A stretch of DNA of 43,149 nt, from assembly GCA_030706235.1 (NCBI GenBank), contig JAUZOY010000001.1, forward strand, positions 1 through 43,149. The letters are read 5' to 3'. The translations under genes were made by a program, and so were the position numbers. Positions 1-7,849 of this stretch are shown one piece after another (position 1 is the stretch's first letter; the number at the start of each line of letters is the position of its first letter). The stretch is from Bacteroidota bacterium (GTDB lineage: Bacteria; Bacteroidota; Bacteroidia; Bacteroidales; GWE2-29-8). Below the pieces are notes generated by a model. The model did not search any database. It was given only the letters and a program-made list of their open reading frames with translations, and was not told where the DNA came from.

Positions 1-3
1 AAT

Positions 4-39
4 GGCCGGGGATAGGGGGCAAACACCTGAAAATTAGCA
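4..39. repeat. Left copy of a 36-bp imperfect direct repeat (GGCCGGGGATAGGGG-N-CAAA....AAATTAGCA) flanking the DUF559 gene
   Basis: Hand alignment of 4-39 against 543-578 (offset 539) gives 31/36 identical positions. The copy overlaps the TAA stop (34-36, minus strand) of the DUF559 ORF. Its core is G+C-rich in an AT-rich context. Confidence 0.8.
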
Positions 40-450
40 ATTCCCTCTGATTTTCACCACATTCTCCCTTATCTTCTCACCAACTACCTTCAAGTCATTC
101 AATATCTCATCATTTGTAAATCTGATTACTTGTATACCCAATTCATTCAATTCAAAAGTCCTGTTATCATCATATTCTTTCTGTTCTTCAATCTCATGAT
201 AACCTCCATCAATCTCTATAACAAGGTTTAATTCCTTACAATAAAAATCAGCAACAAATTGTTTAATCGGATGTTGTCTTCTGAATCTTGCACCTTCAAT
301 TCTTTTATTCCTGATTTCTCCCCAGAGAACTTTTTCAGCAATAGTAGAATCAAGTCTCAAATCCTTCGCTTTTTTCAATAAATCAATACCTGCACCATAA
401 TAGAAAGGTAAATCAGTAATTCTTACAATATCTGTTTCTTTATCATCCAT
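34..450 (-). CDS. DUF559 / Vsr-like (PD-(D/E)XK) endonuclease-domain protein
   Basis: Translation shows the DUF559 pattern VLWGEIRNKR..GARFRRQHPI..FVADFYC..LVIEIDGGYH...IQVIRFTNDEI. The track ORF begins at a GTG (579) inside the upstream repeat. The first ATG (MDDKETD, 450) is the likelier start. Confidence 0.85.
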   Translation of the reverse strand: MDDKETDIVRITDLPFYYGAGIDLLKKAKDLRLDSTIAEKVLWGEIRNKRIEGARFRRQHPIKQFVADFYCKELNLVIEIDGGYHEIEEQKEYDDNRTFELNELGIQVIRFTNDEILNDLKVVGEKIRENVVKIRGNC

Positions 451-480
451 TCTTTTTAAAGCACAAACATTATTTATTCT

Positions 481-488
481 CAAAGGTA
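481..488 (-). promoter_or_regulatory. Candidate Bacteroidetes -7 promoter box (TACCTTTG on minus strand) for the DUF559 gene
   Basis: Matches the TAnnTTTG consensus 31-38 nt upstream of the ATG at 450. No good -33 TTTG at the expected spacing. Confidence 0.3.
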
Positions 489-520
489 AATAAATTTTAT
501 ATCCTAACTTTAAGTTTTCT

Positions 521-544
521 CCCTTCCCACAATTGGGGGAAGGG
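521..544. repeat. G+C-rich hairpin / inverted repeat CCCTTCCC-(8 nt)-GGGAAGGG
   Basis: Perfect 8-bp stem (521-528 pairs with 537-544) with loop ACAATTGG. It directly abuts the right direct-repeat copy. Confidence 0.7.
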
Positions 545-578
545 CCGGGGATAGGGGTCAAATAGTTGCAAATTAGCA
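543..578. repeat. Right copy of the 36-bp direct repeat flanking the DUF559 gene
   Basis: 31/36 identity to 4-39. Lies about 95 nt upstream of the likely DUF559 ATG and upstream of its candidate -7 box. Confidence 0.8.
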
Positions 579-591
579 CTTATGTTAATTA

Positions 592-655
592 ATCACCACT
601 CCAATACATCAGCACATCAGCATATCAGCATATCACATCACCACACCACCACATT
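592..655. repeat. Tandem array of about 8 units of 8 nt (ATCAGCAY-like, decaying to ACCACAYY)
   Basis: Reading in register from 592: atcaccac/tccaatac/atcagcac/atcagcat/atcagcat/atcacatc/accacacc/accacatt. Confidence 0.8.
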
Positions 656-670
656 TTTAATTTTTAATTC

Positions 671-710
671 AAAAAAACCGCCCCCACTTACTTTTCTTCA
701 GTGAGGGCGG
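671..710 (-). terminator. Rho-independent terminator (minus strand)
   Basis: A 10-bp G+C-rich stem (678-687 pairs with 701-710, one mismatch) with a 13-nt loop. On the minus strand it is followed by a run of 7 T (671-677). It sits 20 nt downstream of the stop at 730. Confidence 0.75.
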
Positions 711-729
711 CCTTCAAAGGTTAACCTGT

Positions 730-1319
730 TTATACAACTTTATCAACCATCATCGCATTATTCGATGCCAGAATATATTGTACAAGGTCAATCTGTTGGA
801 AAAATTCTACTCCTATACATAGTAGAACTGATATGTCTGCTCCAAGTACTGGCGCTCCTGCAAGTGTTGCAGTCAGTGTTATTGGAGCTGCTGTATCAAT
901 ATTTACCGGATTATAATCCGAATACACGGTTTCCCCAAGTTCATTGTTTATAGAATCTATAGGATAGTATTCTTTTGATGTTGAATCATATTGAAAATTT
1001 GATACTGCTCCTATTGAACATACAAACCTGAAATGTGTTGCTCCTTCCGGTATTTTAAATTCTCTAAATCATATATACCCATGCATCCGCTTCTTAATGG
1101 TGTTAATACTTATGAATACAGTGAATTCTATGATGTTAATGATTCAGCTAAATTATCATTGAGTCTTACAGCTTCTCTTGATCCACAATTAATCTTGCCT
1201 CAAACCGTTTCTATATTGAATATTATTGGATTTCAATTCTTTTTATCCGAAAACGACAATATGATTCCTGTACTGACCAACAGTGCTGTTAAGATGGCGC
1301 AAGTTTTCTGATTATTCAA
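730..1319 (-). pseudogene. Probable decayed gene for a secreted protein (fragments in two frames)
   Basis: A stop-to-stop open frame at 730-1068 (112 codons, FREFKIPEGATHFRFVCSIGAV...) has no ATG/GTG/TTG before the GTG at 927. A signal-peptide-like segment (TTG 1319, LNNQKTCAILTALLVSTGIILSFSDKKN, then TGA) lies upstream in another frame, followed by further short stop-interrupted fragments. An intact terminator lies downstream. Confidence 0.3.
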
Positions 1320-1340
1320 TCATTCAATTATTCGGAAATC

Positions 1341-1400
1341 TATTACTCCTTTATTACCCCTTTATCACCCTATTATCACTCTATTGTCACTCCATCTCTC
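1341..1400. repeat. Tandem array, 6 units of 10 nt (TATTAYCMCY-like)
   Basis: tattactcct/ttattacccc/tttatcaccc/tattatcact/ctattgtcac/tccatctctc, in exact 10-nt register. Confidence 0.75.
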
Positions 1401-1403
1401 TTC

Positions 1404-1469
1404 CGTATCTGTCTCGTATCTGACCCACATCTGTCCCGTATGTGTTCCATATCTGATTCATATCTGTTC
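1404..1469. repeat. Tandem array, 6 units of 11 nt (CRTATCTGTYY)
   Basis: cgtatctgtct/cgtatctgacc/cacatctgtcc/cgtatgtgttc/catatctgatt/catatctgttc. Confidence 0.8.
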
Positions 1470-1523
1470 AATTGTTGATAAACTGTTTTAACCATCCTGT
1501 ATTACCGGTTGTGCAATGTAAGA

Positions 1524-1590
1524 TTATATGTAGCTTACATGTGGCTTACATGTAGGATATATGTAGGATATATGTAGTTTATATCAATCA
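1524..1590. repeat. Tandem array, about 6 units of 11-12 nt (TWYATGTAGGA-like, containing the palindrome TACATGTA)
   Basis: ttatatgtagc/ttacatgtggc/ttacatgtagga/tatatgtagga/tatatgtagtt/tatatcaatca. The last unit overlaps the TGA stop (1588-1590) of the lipoprotein gene. Confidence 0.8.
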
Positions 1591-2817
1591 GAACCTGACT
1601 TTTGAACCGTTTGCGCCGTCAAATGCTTTGCTGTTTATTATATCGTTGGGAAATACAAGTGAACCTCCGTTAGAATCAATGTCTAAATTCCCGTCTGTTG
1701 CATACATATATGCCTGCCATAGAAGTAAGCTGCAATACCATATATCTTCATCTGCCCAATCCTGACCTGAACATTTATCTTTTGAGCTATTTCCTGAATT
1801 ACTGCTTTTACATTTAAATTCCTTTACTGCCAGTACTGAATATGTATCTTTATCCTGTTCACGAAGGAATTTTACTACTTTAAGTTTCTGGTCTTTAGTT
1901 AAATTTTTAGAACGCAATCTCAGACGTTCATTAACATTATATTTGCTCCAGTATAATGAAGCTTTTGCTTCCCTTACCTGCTCTGATGGTGGTACATTAC
2001 TTCCTATTGCCTCCATTACCAGTATATTATCCAGCCTGGAATTTATATCTGTAGTTTGACTATTATTGCTTTTTAGTCTTGATATTAAATTACTTTTACT
2101 TTGATGGCTGATGATTTTCACTTCGGATTTGTAATTCAGATATTTATAAGTATTTATATTTATAGCTGTAACTCCTGCCGTATGACCAAAGCTTGTTCCT
2201 TCAGGATATACTGATGAAGTTTCAGGCCATATATTTGAATTAGGGTGAATAATAATGTCAGCCGGATAGAAATCCAAATTATCATCGGCATAGTCTTTAT
2301 TATTTAAATACATAGAAGGTGAGCTCTGAATTAATTCAGTCACCTGTTTGTCTTCATCAGTTCTTTTGTTTTTCACACTGCTTAAAGGGTCATATGCATA
2401 AACAGGTTTGTTATTCATAAACTCAATGATTCCTGCATAATCGGCAGTTGCTGTTTGTTCATGAGTGATTCTGAAGTAAGATTTTAAATCTGTGTAGAAA
2501 ACAGTATAATTCTCACCTATATTGCTATTGTATTCTTCAGGGCTTAAAAGTTTATGATTTTCTTTTCCGAAAATAACCGGCACAAATGCATTCTCAGGTC
2601 TGTTTCCAATAGTAGATCCTGTTATCATTGAATCCAGTTGCTTCTGAGTCAGTAATTGACCATTTTTCTGGAAATCTTCCGGTACAATAGCTCTCGTAAT
2701 ATTTCTTTCATATTGATTTTCTTTTCTGCAACCTGTTAATACAGTAAAACTTGAAAAGATGATCAGTAAAATTATTGAGGATAAAAATATTCTTTCTGTA
2801 TAATTATATTTCTTCAT
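1588..2817 (-). CDS. Lipoprotein with a possible permuted papain-like (YiiX/C92-like, NlpC/P60 superfamily) hydrolase domain
   Basis: Signal peptide plus lipobox (VLTGC). The ordered motifs PADIIIHP, SFGHTAGV and IWYCSLLLWQAY resemble the His-before-Cys signature of the YiiX family as I recall it. The N-terminal ~180 aa are unrecognised. Confidence 0.45.
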   Translation of the reverse strand: MKKYNYTERIFLSSIILLIIFSSFTVLTGCRKENQYERNITRAIVPEDFQKNGQLLTQKQLDSMITGSTIGNRPENAFVPVIFGKENHKLLSPEEYNSNIGENYTVFYTDLKSYFRITHEQTATADYAGIIEFMNNKPVYAYDPLSSVKNKRTDEDKQVTELIQSSPSMYLNNKDYADDNLDFYPADIIIHPNSNIWPETSSVYPEGTSFGHTAGVTAININTYKYLNYKSEVKIISHQSKSNLISRLKSNNSQTTDINSRLDNILVMEAIGSNVPPSEQVREAKASLYWSKYNVNERLRLRSKNLTKDQKLKVVKFLREQDKDTYSVLAVKEFKCKSSNSGNSSKDKCSGQDWADEDIWYCSLLLWQAYMYATDGNLDIDSNGGSLVFPNDIINSKAFDGANGSKVRF

Positions 2818-2952
2818 GCCTCAAAATTTGATTAGTCTTATGTTTGTGTTTGATGCAAATATAATAAAAATTAAGGTAAATGTATAAAATACTATTATTA
2901 GATTTGAGGTTATTCGTTTGGAGATATAAACTTATTATTTTCCGGCCTTTAT

Positions 2953-4269
2953 TTAATAAAGTCTTTCACCAATAGAGTTTTTAAGTTTTAAAATGCTAAT
3001 AGTATAATCTATATGTGATTTCATCAGCATTAGGCGGCTTTCAGATAATGAGGTTGTTGCATCAAGAACTTCAAGGTTTGTAATTGTTCCGGCTTTATAA
3101 CTGGCTTCTGCAAGTCTAAGAGCTTCTTTTGCCTGATTTAGCTGAAGTTCGAATTGTTTTACTTTTTTCGTAGCAAGTGAAATATTTGTCAGATTCTCTA
3201 TTATATCATTTGAAATATTTCTTTTTGTCAATTCCTGTTCATAATTATTTATCTGAATTTCAGATTTTGCAAGTAACAGATTATTCTTGTTCCTGTTTGC
3301 ATCATAAATAGGGAGCTTAAATCCTATTCCTGCAACAAAATTTGCTTTAATTTTATTGAGGTCAGGAATATATCCGTTTTTTCCACCTGCATTTCCGAAT
3401 ATATTTAGCATTGGATTGTTCTGTGCTTTGATTACTTTATATTTTATTTCAGAAAGTTCTGTTTTTACTTTTAATATTTTCATCTCATCTCTGTTGCCAT
3501 ATGCATATGAAATAAGTGAATCTTCATTTAGTCCGGGAGATTTTGTATTAAGTTCTTTTTTCAGTCTTGATATATACTGAGGCTTTCCTATAAGTGAATT
3601 AATTATCGATAATTGTACTTTTAATGCATTCTCAAGATCCATCTTCTGACTTTCTATTCCTGATATCTTTACCTTTGTTGTGAGTATTTCATATTCTGTA
3701 GCCGATCCTGTTGCTTTTTTCTTCTCAACATAATTAAGATGTTCTCTGAGTGTATTTAATTGTTCATTTTTAATTTCTATTGCATCCTGTAGGTATACTA
3801 TTGCATAGTAACAATTTGTAGCACTCATTGCTAATCTTTGCTTAACCTGTTCGATTGTTTCTCTGGTGGCGTCCTTGTTTTTATTTGCATATTCAACATC
3901 AAGTGATTTTCTTCCGAAATCATATAATTTTTGATTGTAGTTTACAGATGCTGAATAATTATTGGCAGGATACATATCAAATGTACCAAAGCCGGGGAAA
4001 GATAAAGATGTGACAGGTCCTATTCTTGTATATGATGATGTTAAATCAAAATCGGGATAATTCGAATACTTTGCTATTGAGATTTTAGTATCAGCATCCT
4101 TTATTGCTTCTTCGGCTTCTTTTATTGATGGATGACTTGATATGATTTCTTTTATTATCTCAGTTAATGCCAGAGAGTCTGTATTCTTTGAATTTTGTCC
4201 GTAAGAAATGAATACATTGCCGATTAATACTGCTGTTATGACAGCCCACTTAAATATATTTTGTTTCAT
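2953..4269 (-). CDS. TolC-family outer membrane efflux protein
   Basis: 438 aa with a signal peptide and two coiled-coil/beta-barrel repeats typical of the OEP family. Last gene of the efflux operon. Confidence 0.85.
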   Translation of the reverse strand: MKQNIFKWAVITAVLIGNVFISYGQNSKNTDSLALTEIIKEIISSHPSIKEAEEAIKDADTKISIAKYSNYPDFDLTSSYTRIGPVTSLSFPGFGTFDMYPANNYSASVNYNQKLYDFGRKSLDVEYANKNKDATRETIEQVKQRLAMSATNCYYAIVYLQDAIEIKNEQLNTLREHLNYVEKKKATGSATEYEILTTKVKISGIESQKMDLENALKVQLSIINSLIGKPQYISRLKKELNTKSPGLNEDSLISYAYGNRDEMKILKVKTELSEIKYKVIKAQNNPMLNIFGNAGGKNGYIPDLNKIKANFVAGIGFKLPIYDANRNKNNLLLAKSEIQINNYEQELTKRNISNDIIENLTNISLATKKVKQFELQLNQAKEALRLAEASYKAGTITNLEVLDATTSLSESRLMLMKSHIDYTISILKLKNSIGERLY

Positions 4270-4291
4270 TATTACTTTAACTTAATAATTT

Positions 4292-5914
4292 TTAGTTTTT
4301 TACTTTGAAGCTTTCATTCGATTTCTTTTTATTTGTCTGTATAAATATTATAGGGATCACACCTAAAATAGTTATTATGGCTGCAATCAGGAAATCGTCA
4401 TCAATCCCTTGAATGTATGCTTGTTTGTTGATATTTGATATTATCAGTGTTTGTCCCTGACGGATACCGGTAATATTATTGCTTCCTGCATTCTTTATCA
4501 GGTAATAGTTAATATTTGATGATACCTTTTTATATTCAGTAGATCTTGTGTTTAAACTTTGATTATATATTTGTGAATGAAAGCTGACTCTTGAAGAAAG
4601 GATTGTAGCCAAAATTGCTACACCGAGACTTGCTCCAAGCTGACGTATAGTATTTGTTAATCCTGATGCCTGAGCCATTTTTTCTCTTGGTAATCTGGCT
4701 AATGATACGGTATTCAGAGGTGTGAATATTATTCCCATTGCGAATCCTCTTATGTATAATGATGTCATTATATAATCATGCTCTGTCAGAAATGACAATG
4801 AGGAATTCATATAAAAGCTAAATGTGAGAAGTAAAACTCCTGCTGCAATTATTATTTTGGGATTGCTTTTGTCTCCTGCATATCCTGCAATGGGAGCCAT
4901 GAGTCCCTGGATTATTCCAACCGGGAGAAAAACTGCACCTGCCTGCAATGCCGTATACCCCAGAGAGTTTTGCAGATATAATGGAAGTAGAAATGTACTT
5001 CCGAACATCCCTATACTGAATATCAATATTATAATATTAACAATCCCAAAGTTATGATTCAAAAATAGTCTAAGATCAAGTAATGGCTTATCTACGGTTA
5101 GTTCTGTTGTAATAAAAACAGTCATAGCAATTATTGATATTCCAAAACAGAAGAGAATATATGGTGCTGACCATCCTTCTGAATTAGTCGCAGCATTTCC
5201 TTCAGAAAGTGCAAAAAGTAGTAATGGTAAGAAAATTATTACCGAAATGAATCCTGTCAGGTCAAACTTCCCAACCCGCTTATTCTTATATTCTCTTTGA
5301 ATAACAATAGTTGCTATTAAACCGATGATACCTACGGGAATATTCACGTCAAAGATTAATTGCCAGTTAAAGTTATCAACTAAGTAACCGCCAATCAAAG
5401 GTCCGAAGGATACCGAAGCTGCTGCCGAAATTGACCAGAATCCTAAAGCTATACCTCTTTGTTTAGGAGGAAATTCTCTTGATATTATTGCCATCCCCAA
5501 TGGCTGTATTGTTCCTGCTCCTAATCCCTGGATTATTCTTGATATAATCAATACATCTTCATTCCCTGATATGCCGCATAGTAATGAGCCCATAGTAAAA
5601 AATAACAAGCCCATAAAATACATCCTTTTATATCCGAATTTATCTGCAAGCCATCCTGATGTTGGCAGCATTACTGCCATTGCAAGCATATATGCTGTCA
5701 GTACCCATTCTATTTTGTCAAGGCTGACTCCGAATGATGCCATTATCTTGGGTAGTCCGACATTTACTATGGTTGCATCCAATACAGCCATAAATGTACC
5801 AATCATAATATTGGTTAGTACCCACCATTTATATTTTTCACTCTGAGGATGAAATCCGGAAATCTTTTTCCTTACTGATCTTCTTATTCTGTGAGAAGGG
5901 GAAACTCGTCTCAT
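4292..5914 (-). CDS. MFS transporter, DHA2 (EmrB/QacA-like, 14-TMS) drug efflux permease
   Basis: Motif LDATIVNVGLPKI near the N-terminus and many TM segments over 540 aa. Adjacent to HlyD and TolC genes. Confidence 0.9.
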   Translation of the reverse strand: MRRVSPSHRIRRSVRKKISGFHPQSEKYKWWVLTNIMIGTFMAVLDATIVNVGLPKIMASFGVSLDKIEWVLTAYMLAMAVMLPTSGWLADKFGYKRMYFMGLLFFTMGSLLCGISGNEDVLIISRIIQGLGAGTIQPLGMAIISREFPPKQRGIALGFWSISAAASVSFGPLIGGYLVDNFNWQLIFDVNIPVGIIGLIATIVIQREYKNKRVGKFDLTGFISVIIFLPLLLFALSEGNAATNSEGWSAPYILFCFGISIIAMTVFITTELTVDKPLLDLRLFLNHNFGIVNIIILIFSIGMFGSTFLLPLYLQNSLGYTALQAGAVFLPVGIIQGLMAPIAGYAGDKSNPKIIIAAGVLLLTFSFYMNSSLSFLTEHDYIMTSLYIRGFAMGIIFTPLNTVSLARLPREKMAQASGLTNTIRQLGASLGVAILATILSSRVSFHSQIYNQSLNTRSTEYKKVSSNINYYLIKNAGSNNITGIRQGQTLIISNINKQAYIQGIDDDFLIAAIITILGVIPIIFIQTNKKKSNESFKVKN

Positions 5915-5917
5915 TAA

Positions 5918-6937
5918 TTATTGTTTAACAATTTTAACTACTACTGACATCCCCGGTAGTATCTTATAATTTTTTACTGGATCTTTGTCGGTACCGTCAA
6001 TACTTATTTTTACCGGAATTCTTTGAGTAACTTTTGTGAAATTTCCGGATGCGTTATTGGGTGGAATTAAAGAAAACTCAGATGCTGTATTATTTCCTAT
6101 AAAAAATACTTTGCCATTAAAAGTAACACCACTAAAGGCATCAATTGTATAAAATGCATGCTGGTTTAGATGTATTTCGGATATCTTTGTTTCTTCCATA
6201 TAAGCTGTTACCCAATATTTGTGATTATTAGTAAGTGTGAAAAGTGATTGTCCTGGTTGTGCAATATCTCCCGGTAACAACCATCTCTTTGCAATAATGC
6301 CGTTAATTGGAGAATATAAACGTGTGTTTGTTAATTGAGTTTCTATAACTCCTAACTGTGCTTCTGCATTTTTTACTGATGCTTCAGCACTGTTTATCTG
6401 AGCTTTTGATACATCAAGTTGCGATTTCGCAGCTTCATATTGCGCTTCGGCTGCTTCATATGCTTTTTTGGAATGATCAAATTGCTCTTTTGTAATCACA
6501 TCACCGGAGTATTGAATTTTAGCTCTTTCGTAATCTTCTTTGGACTTATCAAGATTTACTTCCAGTACTTTTATACTTTCTTTATCATATTTATATTTTG
6601 CTTCAGACTGTTCTTTTGATGCAACATACTGGTCCCTGTTTGCCATTACCTGATTTTTCTGTGCTAAAATGTCTGTACTGTCAAGATCTGCAATGAGTAC
6701 CCCTTTTTCTACCGAATCTCCTTCATCTGCATATATATGTGCTATTCTCCCAAGTATTTTCGAACTGATAGCTACATCATCAGATTCAATTTTAGCATCA
6801 TCTGTTGTCAAATACTTTGTATAATCTTTGTACCAATACCAGCATCCCAATAATACTATTATTATTACTATTATTAAAGGAAGGTATACTTTGATGCCTT
6901 TTTTATTATTTCTTTCTTTTTTTAATTCCTGATCCAT
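5918..6937 (-). CDS. HlyD-family (EmrA-like) membrane fusion / periplasmic adaptor protein
   Basis: Single N-terminal TM, a long coiled-coil (AEAQYEAAKSQLDVSKAQINSAEASVKNAEAQL) and a beta-barrel C-terminus. Separated by 3 nt from the MFS gene. Confidence 0.9.
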   Translation of the reverse strand: MDQELKKERNNKKGIKVYLPLIIVIIIVLLGCWYWYKDYTKYLTTDDAKIESDDVAISSKILGRIAHIYADEGDSVEKGVLIADLDSTDILAQKNQVMANRDQYVASKEQSEAKYKYDKESIKVLEVNLDKSKEDYERAKIQYSGDVITKEQFDHSKKAYEAAEAQYEAAKSQLDVSKAQINSAEASVKNAEAQLGVIETQLTNTRLYSPINGIIAKRWLLPGDIAQPGQSLFTLTNNHKYWVTAYMEETKISEIHLNQHAFYTIDAFSGVTFNGKVFFIGNNTASEFSLIPPNNASGNFTKVTQRIPVKISIDGTDKDPVKNYKILPGMSVVVKIVKQ

Positions 6938-6955
6938 TTTTTAATATCACTTATT

Positions 6956-7585
6956 TTAATTATTGTTTCTAAATCCTCTGATAAAAATTCTTGTAAACAT
7001 ATCTGCTCTCTTAGCTAATTTGTTATAAACCTCAGGTTCAAGAATATTAATCTCATTTTTCTTTAATGCAATATTGTGTAATCCACTTAAAAGGTCAAGA
7101 AAAAGCAAAGCTGTTTCTTCTACGTTTTCTACTGATTCCGGATTACTTTTTTCAATTTCTTTTTCAAGAATATATATAATTATTTTTGCTTCCCTTGACC
7201 TGAAGTATGTCCATATATCTCCCAAAATAGGTTTAAGATCTTTAAAATTCTCAAGCCTTAATCTGCTCAGATTCAGAAGAGATTTAAAGAATAAAAATCT
7301 TAACCTTACATATTCTTTTAGCATTTCTTCAGCATCATTTAGTTTCTTGATTTTATCACTTATTGCTGCTATGAATTCATTCTGTTCTTGTTCTACCACC
7401 GCTTTAAACAGATGTTCTTTATCGGGGAAATAGTAATATAAAGAGCTTTTTGTCATATTTAGATCTGATGCTATTTCACGCAATGTAGTCTTTTCAAGAC
7501 CAAATTGCCCAAACCTCTTCTGCGCAGCTTTAAGTATTTCATTTATCTTCCCGGTGCTTTCGCCGGAAATATTACTACTTGTCAT
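6956..7585 (-). CDS. TetR/AcrR-family transcriptional regulator
   Basis: N-terminal HTH KTTLREIASDLNMTKSSLYYYFPDKEHLF. First gene of the efflux operon. Confidence 0.9.
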   Translation of the reverse strand: MTSSNISGESTGKINEILKAAQKRFGQFGLEKTTLREIASDLNMTKSSLYYYFPDKEHLFKAVVEQEQNEFIAAISDKIKKLNDAEEMLKEYVRLRFLFFKSLLNLSRLRLENFKDLKPILGDIWTYFRSREAKIIIYILEKEIEKSNPESVENVEETALLFLDLLSGLHNIALKKNEINILEPEVYNKLAKRADMFTRIFIRGFRNNN

Positions 7586-7641
7586 AATAATATTGTGTTG
7601 ATATTGAGTTTTATACTTTGAATTATTTTATAATTTGACCT

Positions 7642-7664
7642 TTTTGTTCAATTGGACAAAATTA
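7642..7664 (-). promoter_or_regulatory. Candidate TetR operator (palindrome TTGTTCAATTGGACAA) overlapping a -7 box (TAATTTTG on minus strand)
   Basis: The 16-bp palindrome 7644-7659 has one mismatch and extends to 20 bp (7642-7661). The minus-strand TAnnTTTG match is at 7657-7664. The site lies about 60-80 nt upstream of the tetR ATG (7585). Confidence 0.45.
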
Positions 7665-7849
7665 CTACTTTTTTATTTAATGAAAAGAAAATGATTGAAA
7701 TTTATAGAGCTAAATGATAAAATGTACTTTAAATAAAATTTAAATATTTTATTTAAGGCATGGCACTTTATTGGAATTAAAGTAAATCTATGAATTTAAA
7801 TATGATGGGATGGAAGAAATTATAGTAATCTGATATAATATATTGTATA

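Noticed and set aside
451-579. N-terminal 43-codon extension of the DUF559 ORF in the six-frame track (start at 579)
   Set aside because: That start is a GTG lying inside the direct repeat and hairpin. The extension (MLICNYLTPIPGPSPNCGKGENL...) looks like a translated repeat, a -7 promoter box lies within it (481-488), and the family-typical protein begins near the ATG at 450.
730-1319. TGA read-through or an alternative genetic code (TGA as sense) to rescue the interrupted ORF
   Set aside because: TGA clearly acts as a stop for intact genes in this window (dnaE at 25698-25700, the KAS-like gene at 27488-27490, the lipoprotein at 1588-1590). The fragments also contain TAG/TAA stops and frame changes, so decay is the simpler explanation.
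1341-1590. Could the tandem repeat arrays be a CRISPR array?
   Set aside because: The units are only 8-12 nt and directly abutting with no unique spacers. CRISPR repeats are about 24-48 nt separated by spacers of similar size, and no cas genes are present.
7729-7756. 11-bp perfect A/T-only inverted repeat (TTAAATAAAAT-6 nt-ATTTTATTTAA) downstream of ispG as a terminator
   Set aside because: It consists entirely of A-T pairs and is not followed by a T-run on the minus strand. In DNA this AT-rich such palindromes arise easily, so I did not list it as a feature.
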